Shown here: piece after piece, positions 1 through 9,755 of the stretch
Position numbering within the stretch: the first letter of the stretch is position 1
Layout: each line of letters begins with the position of its first letter
Translations under genes and position numbers: made by a program
The notes under the pieces: model-generated
What the model was told of the DNA's origin: nothing
Databases searched by the model: none
The model's input: only the letters and a program-made list of their open reading frames with translations
From: Candidatus Peregrinibacteria bacterium
GTDB taxonomy: Bacteria; Patescibacteriota; Gracilibacteria; UBA1369; UBA12463
Assembly (NCBI GenBank): GCA_037447365.1
Contig: JBBIGU010000002.1
Span: forward strand, 6,678-70,677
Reading direction: 5' to 3'
Length of the DNA stretch: 64,000 bases

Positions 1-28
1 GCTTGTGCATGTACCTATCTTGCCATGT

Positions 29-1165
29 TTATTTCTTCTTTGCTAGTAATTCTTTGGCTTTCATGGCCATGTGAAGCTCTTCTTGCGTGTGCATGACGAA
101 GACTTTGAACTTCAAATGTGAGAGAAATTTGAGGACGTCTTTTTGTAAGTACTCGGCATTTTCTCCAACGCCAGCCGTGAAAATAATGGCATCAACTCCG
201 TTGAGTGCTGCTGTGTAGGCGCCGATTTGGAGTGCGATATGATATGTATAGACGTCATATGCGAGCTGTGTTCCTTTGTTTCCCTTCAAATTTCCTGCGT
301 GAATGTCTCGCATGTCGCAAGAGATTCCAGAGAGACCCTTGAGTCCTGACTCTTTGTTGAGTATCGTGATAACTTTTTCTGGTGTTGTCTTAAGTTTTTT
401 TGCGAGATAGGGGACGAGCGCTGGATCGACTGATCCTGATCGTGTTCCCATTACGATCCCTTCGAGTGGCGTGAATCCCATACTTGTATCGATGGCTTTT
501 CCTCCAATAGATGCCGTAATGCTGCATCCATTTCCGAGGTGGCATGAGATGATTTTTGTCTTTTTTGTACTTTTGAGTCCAAGGAGTCCGCTCATTTTTT
601 TGAGCGCAAGTCCTGTGACATACTCATGGCTAATTCCATGAAATCCGTACTTTCGTATGCCAAATTTCGCATACCATTCTTTTGGAACGGCATAGAGATA
701 GGCTCGTTCAGGAAGGTCCTTGTAAAAGCCTGTGTCAAAGACGGCAATCTGTGGGATTTTTTTGAAGATTTTTTGCGCCGCACGAATTCCCTCTACGTTT
801 GGAGGATTGTGCAGCGGCGCAAGTGAATACAACTTCACTAATTCACTTATCACTTTTGGCGTGATAATTGTTGGATCGTAGTATAGTTCACCTCCATGTA
901 CCACTCGATGTGCAACTGCCTCGATCTTTTGATTTCCAAAAATCTTCTGACTAAAAAGCATCTCGGTTGTAAGTCCAACTGCCTGTGTTATGGTCTTTAT
1001 TTTTGGCTTCATAGCAAGCTTTTTCGCACCAACGGTCATTCTGAATTCACACTTAGAACTTCCAAGTCTGTCCACCATAGAGGTAAATAAAATTTTCTCC
1101 TTTTTGGTATCGATGAGTTCGCACTTGAGACTTGATGATCCGGCGTTGAAGATGAGAATAAGCAT
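29..1165 (-). CDS. ackA: acetate kinase
   Basis: 378-aa ORF with an ATG start. Carries acetate kinase signatures ILIFNAGSSSLK, HRVVHGG and CHLGNGCS. Lies immediately downstream of pta on the same strand. Confidence 0.9.
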   Translation of the reverse strand: MLILIFNAGSSSLKCELIDTKKEKILFTSMVDRLGSSKCEFRMTVGAKKLAMKPKIKTITQAVGLTTEMLFSQKIFGNQKIEAVAHRVVHGGELYYDPTIITPKVISELVKLYSLAPLHNPPNVEGIRAAQKIFKKIPQIAVFDTGFYKDLPERAYLYAVPKEWYAKFGIRKYGFHGISHEYVTGLALKKMSGLLGLKSTKKTKIISCHLGNGCSITASIGGKAIDTSMGFTPLEGIVMGTRSGSVDPALVPYLAKKLKTTPEKVITILNKESGLKGLSGISCDMRDIHAGNLKGNKGTQLAYDVYTYHIALQIGAYTAALNGVDAIIFTAGVGENAEYLQKDVLKFLSHLKFKVFVMHTQEELHMAMKAKELLAKKK

Positions 1166-1188
1166 GTGAGAGTGAGGTGAGTGAGTTT

Positions 1189-2208
1189 TTATTGATACTG
1201 TTTTGCGTCGTATGTTGCATCAACTGCTTCGCAAGATGTGATTGCGGCGACGTGTACGATATCCATCCATGTGCATCCGCGCGAAAGATCATTTACTGGC
1301 TTATTTAAGCCCTGAAGAATAGGTCCAATTGCCTCTGCTCCTGCGAGACGTTCACACAACTTGTATCCAATATTTCCACTGTTGAGGTCTGGGAAAATCA
1401 AGACGTTTGCATTTCCGTGAAGAGGTGAGTTAGGAAACTTTTTATCAGCAACTGCTGGAACGATTGCTGCATCGAGTTGAATTTCTCCGTCGACGATGAG
1501 GGTTGGTTCGCGTTCTTGAATGAGTTTTATCGCATCTGCAACCTTTGTTGCCATTGGATGATCACTGGCTCCGTGCGTTGAGAATGAGAGCATAGCAACT
1601 CGTGGTTCAATTCCAAACTTTCTCGCTGTGTGTGCTGCATCGAGCGCGGTGTTAGCGAGGTCGTTTGCATCTGGTTCGATATTTACTGAGCAGTCCGAGA
1701 AAATCATGAGTCGTCCATTCATTACCATGAAGAACATTCCTGAAACTTTGTGAAATTTTTCTTTCGTTCCGATGATGTAAAAAATCGGCATCAAGAAATC
1801 TGCAGAGTGAGAGTTGGCTCCTGATACAAGTCCGCTCACTTCATCAAAATGCGTCATCATGCATCCGATGTAGTCGTGGTTTTTCATCCACTCTTGTGCC
1901 TGCTCCAGTGTCATACCTTTTTCTTTTCTTTTTTCAAAAAGTGTTTCTACGTACTTATCTATTTTTGGCTTATTCTCTGGCAAATCTGGATCGAATATTT
2001 CTAAATCATCGATCGCCATCTTGATGCTATGTTCCTTTGCGAGAGCTGCGATTTTCTCCTTATTCCCAATGAGTACTGGTGTGACAATCTTATGATCATC
2101 AAGATAGTCGATCGCCTGAAGTGTTCGCGGATCATCCGTTTCTGCAAATGCAATACGTTGGCGTTTTTTCTGCGCAGTATCGATGATTTGAGCGAGGAGA
2201 TTTTTCAT
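1189..2208 (-). CDS. pta: phosphate acetyltransferase
   Basis: 339-aa ORF with RIAFAETDDPRTLQAIDYL at the N-terminus and the C-terminal NDLSRGCT motif typical of Pta. Paired with ackA. Confidence 0.85.
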   Translation of the reverse strand: MKNLLAQIIDTAQKKRQRIAFAETDDPRTLQAIDYLDDHKIVTPVLIGNKEKIAALAKEHSIKMAIDDLEIFDPDLPENKPKIDKYVETLFEKRKEKGMTLEQAQEWMKNHDYIGCMMTHFDEVSGLVSGANSHSADFLMPIFYIIGTKEKFHKVSGMFFMVMNGRLMIFSDCSVNIEPDANDLANTALDAAHTARKFGIEPRVAMLSFSTHGASDHPMATKVADAIKLIQEREPTLIVDGEIQLDAAIVPAVADKKFPNSPLHGNANVLIFPDLNSGNIGYKLCERLAGAEAIGPILQGLNKPVNDLSRGCTWMDIVHVAAITSCEAVDATYDAKQYQ

Positions 2209-2219
2209 TTTTTAAATTA

Positions 2220-2251
2220 AAAAGTGCTACTGGGATTGTAGCACATTTTTT
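2220..2251 (-). terminator. intrinsic terminator-like hairpin downstream of the 83-aa ORF
   Basis: Stem gtgctac (2224-2230) pairs with gtagcac (2238-2244) around a 7-nt loop. An A-run on one side and a T-run on the other give a T-tract on either strand. Confidence 0.4.
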
Positions 2252-2275
2252 ATTCTGACGAATGGTCTTTGTGAA

Positions 2276-2527
2276 TTAAAGAACTCCTGGGATTGTATTT
2301 CCTGCAAGTCCATGGCTTTGATTCTGTATTCCTCCTATTTCCTCATCTCTTCTAATTCTTACTGTATGAGCTAAAATTAAATCTCGAACAGAGAGATTAT
2401 GTCCGTTCGGAACCTCTGTTCGCATTCTCGCAATGCGTTCAGGATGATTGCTGTATCGTGCTATTAACCGATCTAACGCAGCCTCTGCATCATAAGGTTC
2501 ATGAGCCATAGCATTTTTTGTACCCAT
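2276..2527 (-). CDS. hypothetical protein (83 aa)
   Basis: ATG-initiated ORF in an otherwise empty gap, same strand as its neighbours, followed by a hairpin. No recognisable motif. Confidence 0.45.
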   Translation of the reverse strand: MGTKNAMAHEPYDAEAALDRLIARYSNHPERIARMRTEVPNGHNLSVRDLILAHTVRIRRDEEIGGIQNQSHGLAGNTIPGVL

Positions 2528-2601
2528 ATGTAAATAAATGTAATGAACTGATATCTCAGTGCATCATTTTACTACGATTTGCCTGTATAGCAAATGGCTT
2601 C

Positions 2602-3345
2602 CTAAAGCTGTTTTTCGGGAGTCTTCATTTTTGAGCCCTTGAGTGCGCGCTTGATGCTTCTGAATTGATATGGAATATCGAATTCTATGATTGTTTGTGC
2701 TGTTATTTTCATAAACTCTTTTGCGCTGAGCGGTGTTGTTTTCGATTCGATTTTATTTGCGAGAATTGCCTCACGAATTGACTTCCAATTTTTTTCTGCA
2801 TGAACGAGTGAATAACCCTGGTCAAAATATTGAAGCATGTGGTTATCAGAAGTTCCAATGAAGGCTTTTTTATGCAGTTTTGCAACCCTTTCTGCCTTTT
2901 TATTAAACATATTGAATTTCTCTGTAAAGAACCACGACTCTTCGATGGCATCGAAGAGATTAATATTCTCGAGAAGTTTTTCCTGGAGACAAAATCCACG
3001 CGGATAATACGGATGTGGGGCAATTATGAGACAGTCCGGATGTGATTTTCGATATTTACATAGATCGTAGAATGTATGAATATTCTCCGTTTCCTTGGTT
3101 GCGTTGATAATCAGAACATGTCGTCGTCCAATATTTTTTTCAATTCCAGGAATGAGTAGGATATTCAGTTTTTCTGCGTATTCCTTGAGTTCATCGGTAA
3201 AAAGTAGCATGTTGTGAAGTGTAATCGACACAACATCGTATTTTTTTTCTGCAGCAAAATCGAGCATTTGTTTTGCGTTGTGTTTTGGGCATTCGATAGG
3301 ATCTTCTCCTGTATGAACGTGGAACTGAACTTTGAGGGGTTTCAT
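2602..3345 (-). CDS. PHP-domain metal-dependent phosphoesterase
   Basis: 247 aa. His-rich PHP motifs QFHVHTGEDP, APHPYYP and GTSDNH. Confidence 0.7.
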   Translation of the reverse strand: MKPLKVQFHVHTGEDPIECPKHNAKQMLDFAAEKKYDVVSITLHNMLLFTDELKEYAEKLNILLIPGIEKNIGRRHVLIINATKETENIHTFYDLCKYRKSHPDCLIIAPHPYYPRGFCLQEKLLENINLFDAIEESWFFTEKFNMFNKKAERVAKLHKKAFIGTSDNHMLQYFDQGYSLVHAEKNWKSIREAILANKIESKTTPLSAKEFMKITAQTIIEFDIPYQFRSIKRALKGSKMKTPEKQL

Positions 3346-3393
3346 GAGGTTCTGTAAAATCAGTAAAATGCGAAGTGAACCTCCTTTTTTGGC

Positions 3394-3633
3394 TTATAAT
3401 TCTTTCTTGAGATCGTCGACAGCGTTGACGACGTTTTGAACTTTCTGAATTTTTCGATCGATGTTCTGTTTCGTTTCAAGGATGCTCGTTTTCGTATTTT
3501 CTACCTGCTTTTGCGCTTCTTTGGCTGCGCTTGATGCGCCCTGTTGTACATTTGTTCTGAAAGACTCAAGTTGACTACATCCGCTTACAAGAAGCGAACT
3601 CGCTACAAGAAGAATGAAAAAAGAAGTTTTCAC
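3394..3633 (-). CDS. small lipoprotein (start uncertain)
   Basis: The ORF-track version starts at a TTG (3711) that overlaps the upstream gene. An internal GTG at 3633 gives KTSFFILLVASSLLVSG|C, a signal peptide plus lipobox, followed by a coiled-coil-like tail. Confidence 0.5.
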   Translation of the reverse strand: MKTSFFILLVASSLLVSGCSQLESFRTNVQQGASSAAKEAQKQVENTKTSILETKQNIDRKIQKVQNVVNAVDDLKKEL

Positions 3634-3676
3634 GTGCGCAATGATAGCACTCCTATTTTCTTGAATAAAGAAGTTT

Positions 3677-3994
3677 TTAATTCTTCGTGAGATACAGGAA
3701 AAGTACTCCAAAAATCAATATGACAGCAAATCCCACCATCCAGATCGTTATATATGCCATGCTCATCATTTTTACTACCTTTCCTATTTTTTGCGTATTT
3801 TCGCCTGGGTCTTTCTTTCCAAAGATACCCGGTTTAATGGCCTTTGCAATAAACATGGCTCCAAGTAAATAAAAAAGGATTGTTAGTGCGATATCTATTG
3901 GTTTTCCATCAAGCCCATATGATTTCTTCGTGGCTTCTAGCCCGATCATAATAAGACCAAGAATGATCAGCTGAATACGATTTACAGTTTTCAT
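3677..3994 (-). CDS. small integral membrane protein
   Basis: The ORF-track version (to 4111) overlaps the gltX 3' end. The ATG at 3994 (MKTVNRIQLIILGL...) sits 2 nt after the gltX stop and gives a 105-aa protein with three hydrophobic helices. Confidence 0.55.
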   Translation of the reverse strand: MKTVNRIQLIILGLIMIGLEATKKSYGLDGKPIDIALTILFYLLGAMFIAKAIKPGIFGKKDPGENTQKIGKVVKMMSMAYITIWMVGFAVILIFGVLFLYLTKN

Positions 3995-3996
3995 AC

Positions 3997-5487
3997 TTAG
4001 AGATGAATATTTGTTAATCGAGATAGAGTTTCTCTTTTTCCAAGTGCCCAAATGACTTCGAAGACACCAGGAGAGAACTGCTCGCCAGTTAAAATGGCGC
4101 GTACTGGCCAAAAAACCTGACCATTTTTGAGACCAAGTTTTGCGACGATGCCCACGAGTGCAACTTTGATATTTTCTTCAGTCCATTGCTCTTCTGAGAG
4201 TTCTGAGATAGTTGCGATAACCTCTGGTATTACTTGTTTTACGGTTGCTTCCTCGACCTTCATCTTTTCGCTATATACAATATCTGGTTTGAACTGCGGT
4301 GCTACGAAGTAGAATTTGATATAGTCGTTTACTGGTTTAGGATCTTGAATAACCTTCTCTTCAACTGTTTTAAGAGCGCGATCTAACAGTGCTTCTTTGT
4401 CGGCGGTCTTGTACTCAGGTGCGATGTATTCTTCACACTCTTTCAAGAGAATTGCTTTTCGGTTGAGTGGGTTTGCCTCGACTTCTTCGAGGAACTTTCT
4501 TCGTCTCCACTGCCAGTTGTACCAGTCGAGTTTTTCGAGGTTGAAAATTGCGCCTGACTTATGAACGTTGTCTAACGAGAAGTCTTCTATAAGTTCCCGC
4601 ATTGAGTAGATTTCTTTTTCAATACCTTTTCCTGGATGCCAGCCGAGGAAAGCGATGAAGTTGATGATCGCTTCTTGGGTGTAGCCTTTTTGAATGTATT
4701 CTTCTACAGCAACGTCTCCTTGGCGCTTACTGAGTTTGGAGCGGTCGGCATTAAGAAGGAGTGAGAGGTGTGCGTACTGAGGTGGTGTCCATCCGAAGGC
4801 CTGGTAGAGCCAAATATGTTTCGGTGTTGATGGGAGCCACTCTTCACCGCGAATGACGTGCGTGATTTCCATATCATGATCATCGACGACGTTGGCGAGA
4901 TGGTACGTTGGGAAGCCATCAGATTTTACGAGAACCTGGTCGTCGATCGATTTGCTGTCGAATCGAACCTTTCCACGAATAAGATCTTCAATCACAATCA
5001 TTCCTTCCGGGATTTTTTGGCGAATAACGAAAGGCATACCTGCGGCTACTTTTGCATCGACTTCTTCTTTGGTTAATGCACAGCACTTTCGGTTGTACAT
5101 AGGTGCTTCGTGACGGGCCTCTTGTTTACGTCGCATCTCGTCGAGTTCTTCTTGTGTGCAGAAACATTTATACGCATAACCGTTTTCGAGAAGTTGATTT
5201 ACGGCTGCGGTGTATTTGTCATTTCTTTGTGACTGTATGTATGGACCGTGTGGGCCGCCATTGTCTGGACCCTCATCCCAATTGATTCCAAGCCATTTGA
5301 GTGATTTCATGAGATTTTCCATCGCTCCTTCAACAAAACGCTTCTGATCGGTATCTTCGATGCGTAATAGAAATTGTCCGTTATGTTTCTTGGCAAATAA
5401 ATAGGCGTAAAGGGCAGTTCGTGCTCCTCCAACGTGGAGGTAGCCAGTAGGTGATGGTGCGAAACGGGTGCGTACTTGTGAATTCAT
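3997..5487 (-). CDS. gltX: glutamyl-tRNA synthetase
   Basis: 496 aa. RFAPSPTGYLHVGGARTALY (HIGH-class motif) and KLSKRQG (KMSKS-class motif). Confidence 0.93.
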   Translation of the reverse strand: MNSQVRTRFAPSPTGYLHVGGARTALYAYLFAKKHNGQFLLRIEDTDQKRFVEGAMENLMKSLKWLGINWDEGPDNGGPHGPYIQSQRNDKYTAAVNQLLENGYAYKCFCTQEELDEMRRKQEARHEAPMYNRKCCALTKEEVDAKVAAGMPFVIRQKIPEGMIVIEDLIRGKVRFDSKSIDDQVLVKSDGFPTYHLANVVDDHDMEITHVIRGEEWLPSTPKHIWLYQAFGWTPPQYAHLSLLLNADRSKLSKRQGDVAVEEYIQKGYTQEAIINFIAFLGWHPGKGIEKEIYSMRELIEDFSLDNVHKSGAIFNLEKLDWYNWQWRRRKFLEEVEANPLNRKAILLKECEEYIAPEYKTADKEALLDRALKTVEEKVIQDPKPVNDYIKFYFVAPQFKPDIVYSEKMKVEEATVKQVIPEVIATISELSEEQWTEENIKVALVGIVAKLGLKNGQVFWPVRAILTGEQFSPGVFEVIWALGKRETLSRLTNIHL

Positions 5488-5606
5488 ACGTTGCTTTGAA
5501 ATAAGATTTGAAAATGATTTTGAAGCTCGTAACGGGCTGATTATAGATGAAATCTTGTTGATCTGCTAGCTGAATTGGTCTACTATATCTTCTTCTTTTG
5601 ATTTTT

Positions 5607-6092
5607 ATGAGCATATTAGATGCCCCAAGACAATTTGATCCGATGGAACTCCTTACTTTTGAAATGAGGGGCTCAATACAGATTGGAAGAAATGGACTGA
5701 TATATGACTATAAGAATGGTTTCCATGCTGTTTCCGGGTCATTTCAGGTTTATGATGAAATGGGTCAATTTCGCGGAAAGGAAGCTCAAATTGCAGTTGC
5801 CTCGCGTATTGCACAAGCTGCTCGTAATTTTCGTACATATCGAGAATATCTTGTTCCTTGCGTTGCACTTCGTTTCCCTGAGCTTACTTTGGATGAAAAA
5901 CAAGCAATGCTTGAATGTCTTTTTACATTGGCCCCTGAGAACGGGGGAAATTCTCTCGGTTCACGGCTCGATGCATTAAGTCAGCAACTACAAGCTGAAT
6001 TTTGTGCGCATGCGGATGATGTTGAATCCCTACGAGAAATTGTTCGTCGGTATTCATCTGTATTTTTTAGCTACTTTCCGGGTAATAATTGA
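5607..6092 (+). CDS. hypothetical protein (161 aa)
   Basis: The track ORF begins at TTG 5598; the first ATG is at 5607. No recognisable motif. Divergent from gltX. Confidence 0.5.
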   Translation: MSILDAPRQFDPMELLTFEMRGSIQIGRNGLIYDYKNGFHAVSGSFQVYDEMGQFRGKEAQIAVASRIAQAARNFRTYREYLVPCVALRFPELTLDEKQAMLECLFTLAPENGGNSLGSRLDALSQQLQAEFCAHADDVESLREIVRRYSSVFFSYFPGNN

Positions 6093-6176
6093 TATATCTT
6101 TTTTGTTCCCGCGTTTTTGGATTAGCGTCACGGCTTCCCCTTGTCCCCATAAGCCAAAAACTGGTATACTCCTCTC

Positions 6177-8597
6177 GTGGCTAAACGAAGAAAACGATCA
6201 ACATCAGCTTTGGAAAGACGAGGAAGTACCCGTAAGCGCAAGTCGCGGGGTGCTTCGAGGGCGCTTGCTTTTGAGGTAAAATCGACCGTTGCACGAGATA
6301 TTTCGGCGGTTGTCTACTTTTTAATTGCTGCCGTGATGGTCTTGAGCCTTCAGGGTAATTTTGGTGTGGTTGGCGATATGTTAACGGGAATTTTTCGACC
6401 AACACTTGGATATGGTGTTTGGCTTATTCCGCTTATTTTTGGAGCAACTTCCTTGATGCTCTTCTTTTCTAAATCTATAGAATTTGGATTTTCCAGGGTT
6501 GTCGGTATTGGAACTTTAACGGTTTCCATTTTGAGTATTCTTCATTTGTATGTTGATGTAAATGAACTTCATTCTGCAGCTAGTGGTGGACAGTATGGAG
6601 GATATGTTGGATTCGTGATGAATTTTTTGATGCGTGGTGTTTTGCAGATTGGGCATGTTGGAGCAAGCATTGTGTTTATTGCGATGTTCTTGATTGGAAC
6701 GATGCTTACGTTGCAAGTTTCCTTGAGTCAGATTTTCTCTTTCCTTCGAGGAAGTTTGGCTATTAGGAAGATTATGGTTGAGTCGGCTGAAGATGAGGAA
6801 GAGGACTCAGAAAGCGAAGAGGATGATGATCCCGAAATTTTTATTCGAAAGAATCAACTTGCTGACGAGGTACTTGCTGATCTTGCGAGCAAGGTTCAGG
6901 CGGGTGCTTACGATGAGGCTGAGCGCGTGAAGACTCTTCGTATTGATATGAATGAGCATAGAGGAGAAGAGGATATTATTTTACAAGAGGTTAAGCCCGA
7001 GAAGACAAAGAAAGCGAAAAAAGAAGGTGCAATTGCAGAAGGTGCTGCTACAGAAGAGGCGACAGAAGTTGATCCAGAGACAGGTGAGATTATTGTTAAG
7101 GATAATACCGAGGTTGAAAAGGCCGATGAGGTTCCAGAGTTTTTCTGGGAATATCCTTCACTTGATTTACTGAATCCTGCTGTAAAATCTGCGAGAGTTG
7201 ATGAGGCGATGCTTCGTGATACAGCTGAAAAGATTAAGAGCAAACTCAAACAGTTTGATATTGATGTTGTGATGCATGAGGTCAATGTTGGTCCGACGGT
7301 TGTCCAGTATACATTGCGTCCGCATGAAGGCGTAAAGCTTTCGAAAATTACGAATTTAAAAAATGATATTGCCCTTGCCCTTGCAGCGAAGGCGATTCGT
7401 ATTGAGGCGCCAATTCCTGGAAAGTCCCTCGTTGGTATTGAGATTCCAAATGATAAACGAACAGCGGTTCATCTTCGAGAAATTCTCGAGAGTAAGGAGT
7501 TTGCTGAAGTTGATTCTAATTTACGTTTTCCGATTGGACGAGATGTTTCCGGTAAACCGGTCATTGGAGATTTGGCTTCCATGCCACATCTTTTGATTGC
7601 TGGTAGTACGGGTTCCGGTAAGTCTGTTGGAATGAATACATTATTAATGTCACTCATTTACCAGAATGGTCCGGATGAGTTGAAGTTGATTATGGTTGAT
7701 CCAAAACGAGTTGAATTGGATTTGTATAATGGTATTCCCCATTTACTTACACCAGTTATTACCGAGCCGGAAAAGGCCGCTATTGCTTTGCGTTGGGCTG
7801 TTGCTGAAATGACACGACGATATAAGATACTGTCTGTTGCTCGTCAGCGAAATATTGCTGATTACATGGCTGCACTTGGTCCTGATGATGTTAGTGAGAG
7901 ATTGCCAAAGATTGTCGTCGTGATCGATGAGCTCGCCGACCTTATGATGACCGCAAAAAATGAAGTAGAGGCTTCCATCTGTCGGCTCGCCCAGATGGCC
8001 CGTGCCGTTGGAATTCATTTGGTTATCGCGACGCAGCGTCCGAGTGTCGATGTCATTACTGGTTTGATTAAGGCGAATATTCCTTCTCGTATTTCGTTTG
8101 CAGTGAGTTCGTCGATCGATTCTCGAACGATTATTGATTCGATTGGTGCGGAAGATCTTCTTGGAAAGGGTGATATGTTGTATTTGCCGGGCGGCATGGC
8201 TAAGCCACAGCGTGTCCAGGGTATCTATGTATCTACTGCTGAGATTGAGCGGGTTACGAATCATGCAAAGACGACCATGCCGCCTCAATACGATGAGGCT
8301 GTGACAAATCGTAAGACTGCCGATGAGTCGGTAATGGGTGTTCCTGATTCAAAATTTGCGACACCGGAGGAAGATATGGACGATGATCAGATGGTGAAAG
8401 AGGCGATTAAGCTTGTTATTGAAAGTCGTAAGGCTTCGGCAAGTCTTCTCCAGCGACGTTTGAAGGTTGGTTATGCGCGCGCAGCACGCCTCCTCGACGT
8501 GATGGAAGAGCGTGGCTACATTGGTCCTTCTCAGGGCGCTAAGGCCCGTGAAATCTACGTCAATGATGTTCCGGCTGATGTTCCTGAGGAGATCTAA
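6177..8597 (+). CDS. ftsK: DNA translocase FtsK/SpoIIIE
   Basis: 806 aa with a GTG start. Has N-terminal TM helices, an acidic linker (ESAEDEEEDSESEEDDD), Walker A GSTGSGKSVG, Walker B DELADLMM and the C-terminal gamma winged helix LLQRRLKVGYARAARLLDVME. Confidence 0.9.
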   Translation: MAKRRKRSTSALERRGSTRKRKSRGASRALAFEVKSTVARDISAVVYFLIAAVMVLSLQGNFGVVGDMLTGIFRPTLGYGVWLIPLIFGATSLMLFFSKSIEFGFSRVVGIGTLTVSILSILHLYVDVNELHSAASGGQYGGYVGFVMNFLMRGVLQIGHVGASIVFIAMFLIGTMLTLQVSLSQIFSFLRGSLAIRKIMVESAEDEEEDSESEEDDDPEIFIRKNQLADEVLADLASKVQAGAYDEAERVKTLRIDMNEHRGEEDIILQEVKPEKTKKAKKEGAIAEGAATEEATEVDPETGEIIVKDNTEVEKADEVPEFFWEYPSLDLLNPAVKSARVDEAMLRDTAEKIKSKLKQFDIDVVMHEVNVGPTVVQYTLRPHEGVKLSKITNLKNDIALALAAKAIRIEAPIPGKSLVGIEIPNDKRTAVHLREILESKEFAEVDSNLRFPIGRDVSGKPVIGDLASMPHLLIAGSTGSGKSVGMNTLLMSLIYQNGPDELKLIMVDPKRVELDLYNGIPHLLTPVITEPEKAAIALRWAVAEMTRRYKILSVARQRNIADYMAALGPDDVSERLPKIVVVIDELADLMMTAKNEVEASICRLAQMARAVGIHLVIATQRPSVDVITGLIKANIPSRISFAVSSSIDSRTIIDSIGAEDLLGKGDMLYLPGGMAKPQRVQGIYVSTAEIERVTNHAKTTMPPQYDEAVTNRKTADESVMGVPDSKFATPEEDMDDDQMVKEAIKLVIESRKASASLLQRRLKVGYARAARLLDVMEERGYIGPSQGAKAREIYVNDVPADVPEEI

Positions 8598-8635
8598 GTC
8601 CTCGTCTATTTTTCAGTTTTTTCGCGAAATTTTTT

Positions 8636-9634
8636 ATGAAACAACACATTCTCGTTACTGGTGGTGCTGGGTATATTGGTTCGCATGCAGTTCGTGCACT
8701 TCTTGCGCAAGGTTATGATGTAACGGTTATTGATTTCCTTAAAGGTGGGCACAAGGAATTCGTTCCTCCTGAGGCGCATTTTTTTGAAACTGATCTTGGT
8801 GACTCACAGATGCTTCGAGATATCTTTCAGCAAAATAAAGATCGCGATATGCCAATCCAGGCGGTTATTCATTTTGCTGGTCGTATTGAAGCAGGCTTGT
8901 CTGGAAAGGAGCGTGAAGATTTTTTTTATAACAATGTTGTCTGTGGTGAACGGCTTCTTCGTGTATGCGAAGAGTTCAATGTGAATACGTTTATTTTTTC
9001 TTCCACCGCAGCAGTGTATGGTGAGCCAGAAGAAGTTCCTATCCAGGAGACTGCCGCCTTACGTCCTGTGAATTACTACGGCACGACGAAACTCGAATTC
9101 GAGCGACGACTTCAAGTAGAGGCTGAAAAAGAAGGCCGTCATTTTACGTATGTTGCACTTCGGTATTTCAATGCAGCCGGTGCTGACCCGAATGGTGGTA
9201 TTGGTGAGTGGCATCCGCGTGAAACGCACTTGATCCCTCGAGTTCTCCAGGTTGCGAAAGGGGAGTTGCCTCGTGTTGAAATTTACGGTGTTGATTATCC
9301 AACGAAAGACGGAACGTGTGTTCGTGATTACATTCATGTGAATGATCTCGTTGATGCCCACTTGCTTGCTCTTGAGTATTTGTTCAATGGTGGCAAGAGC
9401 GACGTGTTTAACTTAGGAAATGGCGAGGGCTTCACTGTTCGAGAGATTATCACTGCGGCTGAAGAAGTGGTTGGTGGTAAGTTACCGGTCGTTGAAGAGA
9501 CTCGTCGTGAGGGTGATCCAGTAACACTTGTTGCTGATAGCTCAAAGGCTCGTGAAATTCTTGGATGGCAGCCAAAACACGCTGGACTTCATGAGATTCT
9601 TGAAACAGCTTGGAATTGGGAGCGACAGAGGTAA
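8636..9634 (+). CDS. galE: UDP-glucose 4-epimerase
   Basis: 332 aa. Rossmann motif VTGGAGYIGSH and catalytic YGTTK (YxxxK). Confidence 0.9.
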   Translation: MKQHILVTGGAGYIGSHAVRALLAQGYDVTVIDFLKGGHKEFVPPEAHFFETDLGDSQMLRDIFQQNKDRDMPIQAVIHFAGRIEAGLSGKEREDFFYNNVVCGERLLRVCEEFNVNTFIFSSTAAVYGEPEEVPIQETAALRPVNYYGTTKLEFERRLQVEAEKEGRHFTYVALRYFNAAGADPNGGIGEWHPRETHLIPRVLQVAKGELPRVEIYGVDYPTKDGTCVRDYIHVNDLVDAHLLALEYLFNGGKSDVFNLGNGEGFTVREIITAAEEVVGGKLPVVEETRREGDPVTLVADSSKAREILGWQPKHAGLHEILETAWNWERQR

Positions 9635-9674
9635 TATCTCTGTATTAGGTCTTAATTGACCTAAAAAATCAAGG

Positions 9675-9702
9675 TTGTGTTTTTGGGCTAGCCCGGTAGA
9701 AT
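9675..9702 (+). promoter_or_regulatory. putative sigma70-type promoter for the aspartokinase gene
   Basis: TTGTGT (9675-9680), a 16-nt spacer, then TAGAAT (9697-9702). It overlaps the TTG start proposed by the ORF track, which argues for a downstream ATG start. Confidence 0.35.
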
Positions 9703-9755
9703 GCCGCCTTGTATTTACTCTATCTATGAATTCTCCTGGCGGTAGTTATTCGGTT

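Noticed and set aside
1604-1614. GGTTCAATTCC, a T-arm-like tRNA motif. More generally, a search for tRNA genes in all gaps longer than 70 nt.
   Set aside because: The motif lies inside the pta coding sequence with no cloverleaf context. None of the longer intergenic gaps (14538-14666, 20439-20735, 22062-22160, 38691-38833, 41880-42000, 49722-49979, 54825-55099) shows acceptor or T-arm pairing by eye. A tRNAscan-type run would be needed to be certain.
3346-3393. GAGGTTC...GAACCTC inverted repeat followed by a T-run on the plus strand.
   Set aside because: The loop is 24 nt, no plus-strand gene ends here, and both flanking genes are on the minus strand. It is probably fortuitous.
3677-4111. 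N-terminally extended versions of several ORFs in the track: 3677-4111, 36273-37124, 31287-32021, 53688-54824, 58395-59723, 52867-53745, 48306-49790, 19384-19905 and 9675-11288.
   Set aside because: The extensions overlap the upstream gene or a promoter-like element and add non-homologous residues. Internal ATG or GTG starts give the canonical N-termini (signal peptides, the prepilin leader, MKFGGTSV and so on).
9645-9664. Hairpin TTAGGTC-TTAATT-GACCTAA 10 nt after the galE stop, considered as a terminator.
   Set aside because: It is followed by an A-run rather than a T-run on the plus strand, so it is not a canonical intrinsic terminator for galE. It could be an operator upstream of the aspartokinase promoter, but there is no supporting evidence.
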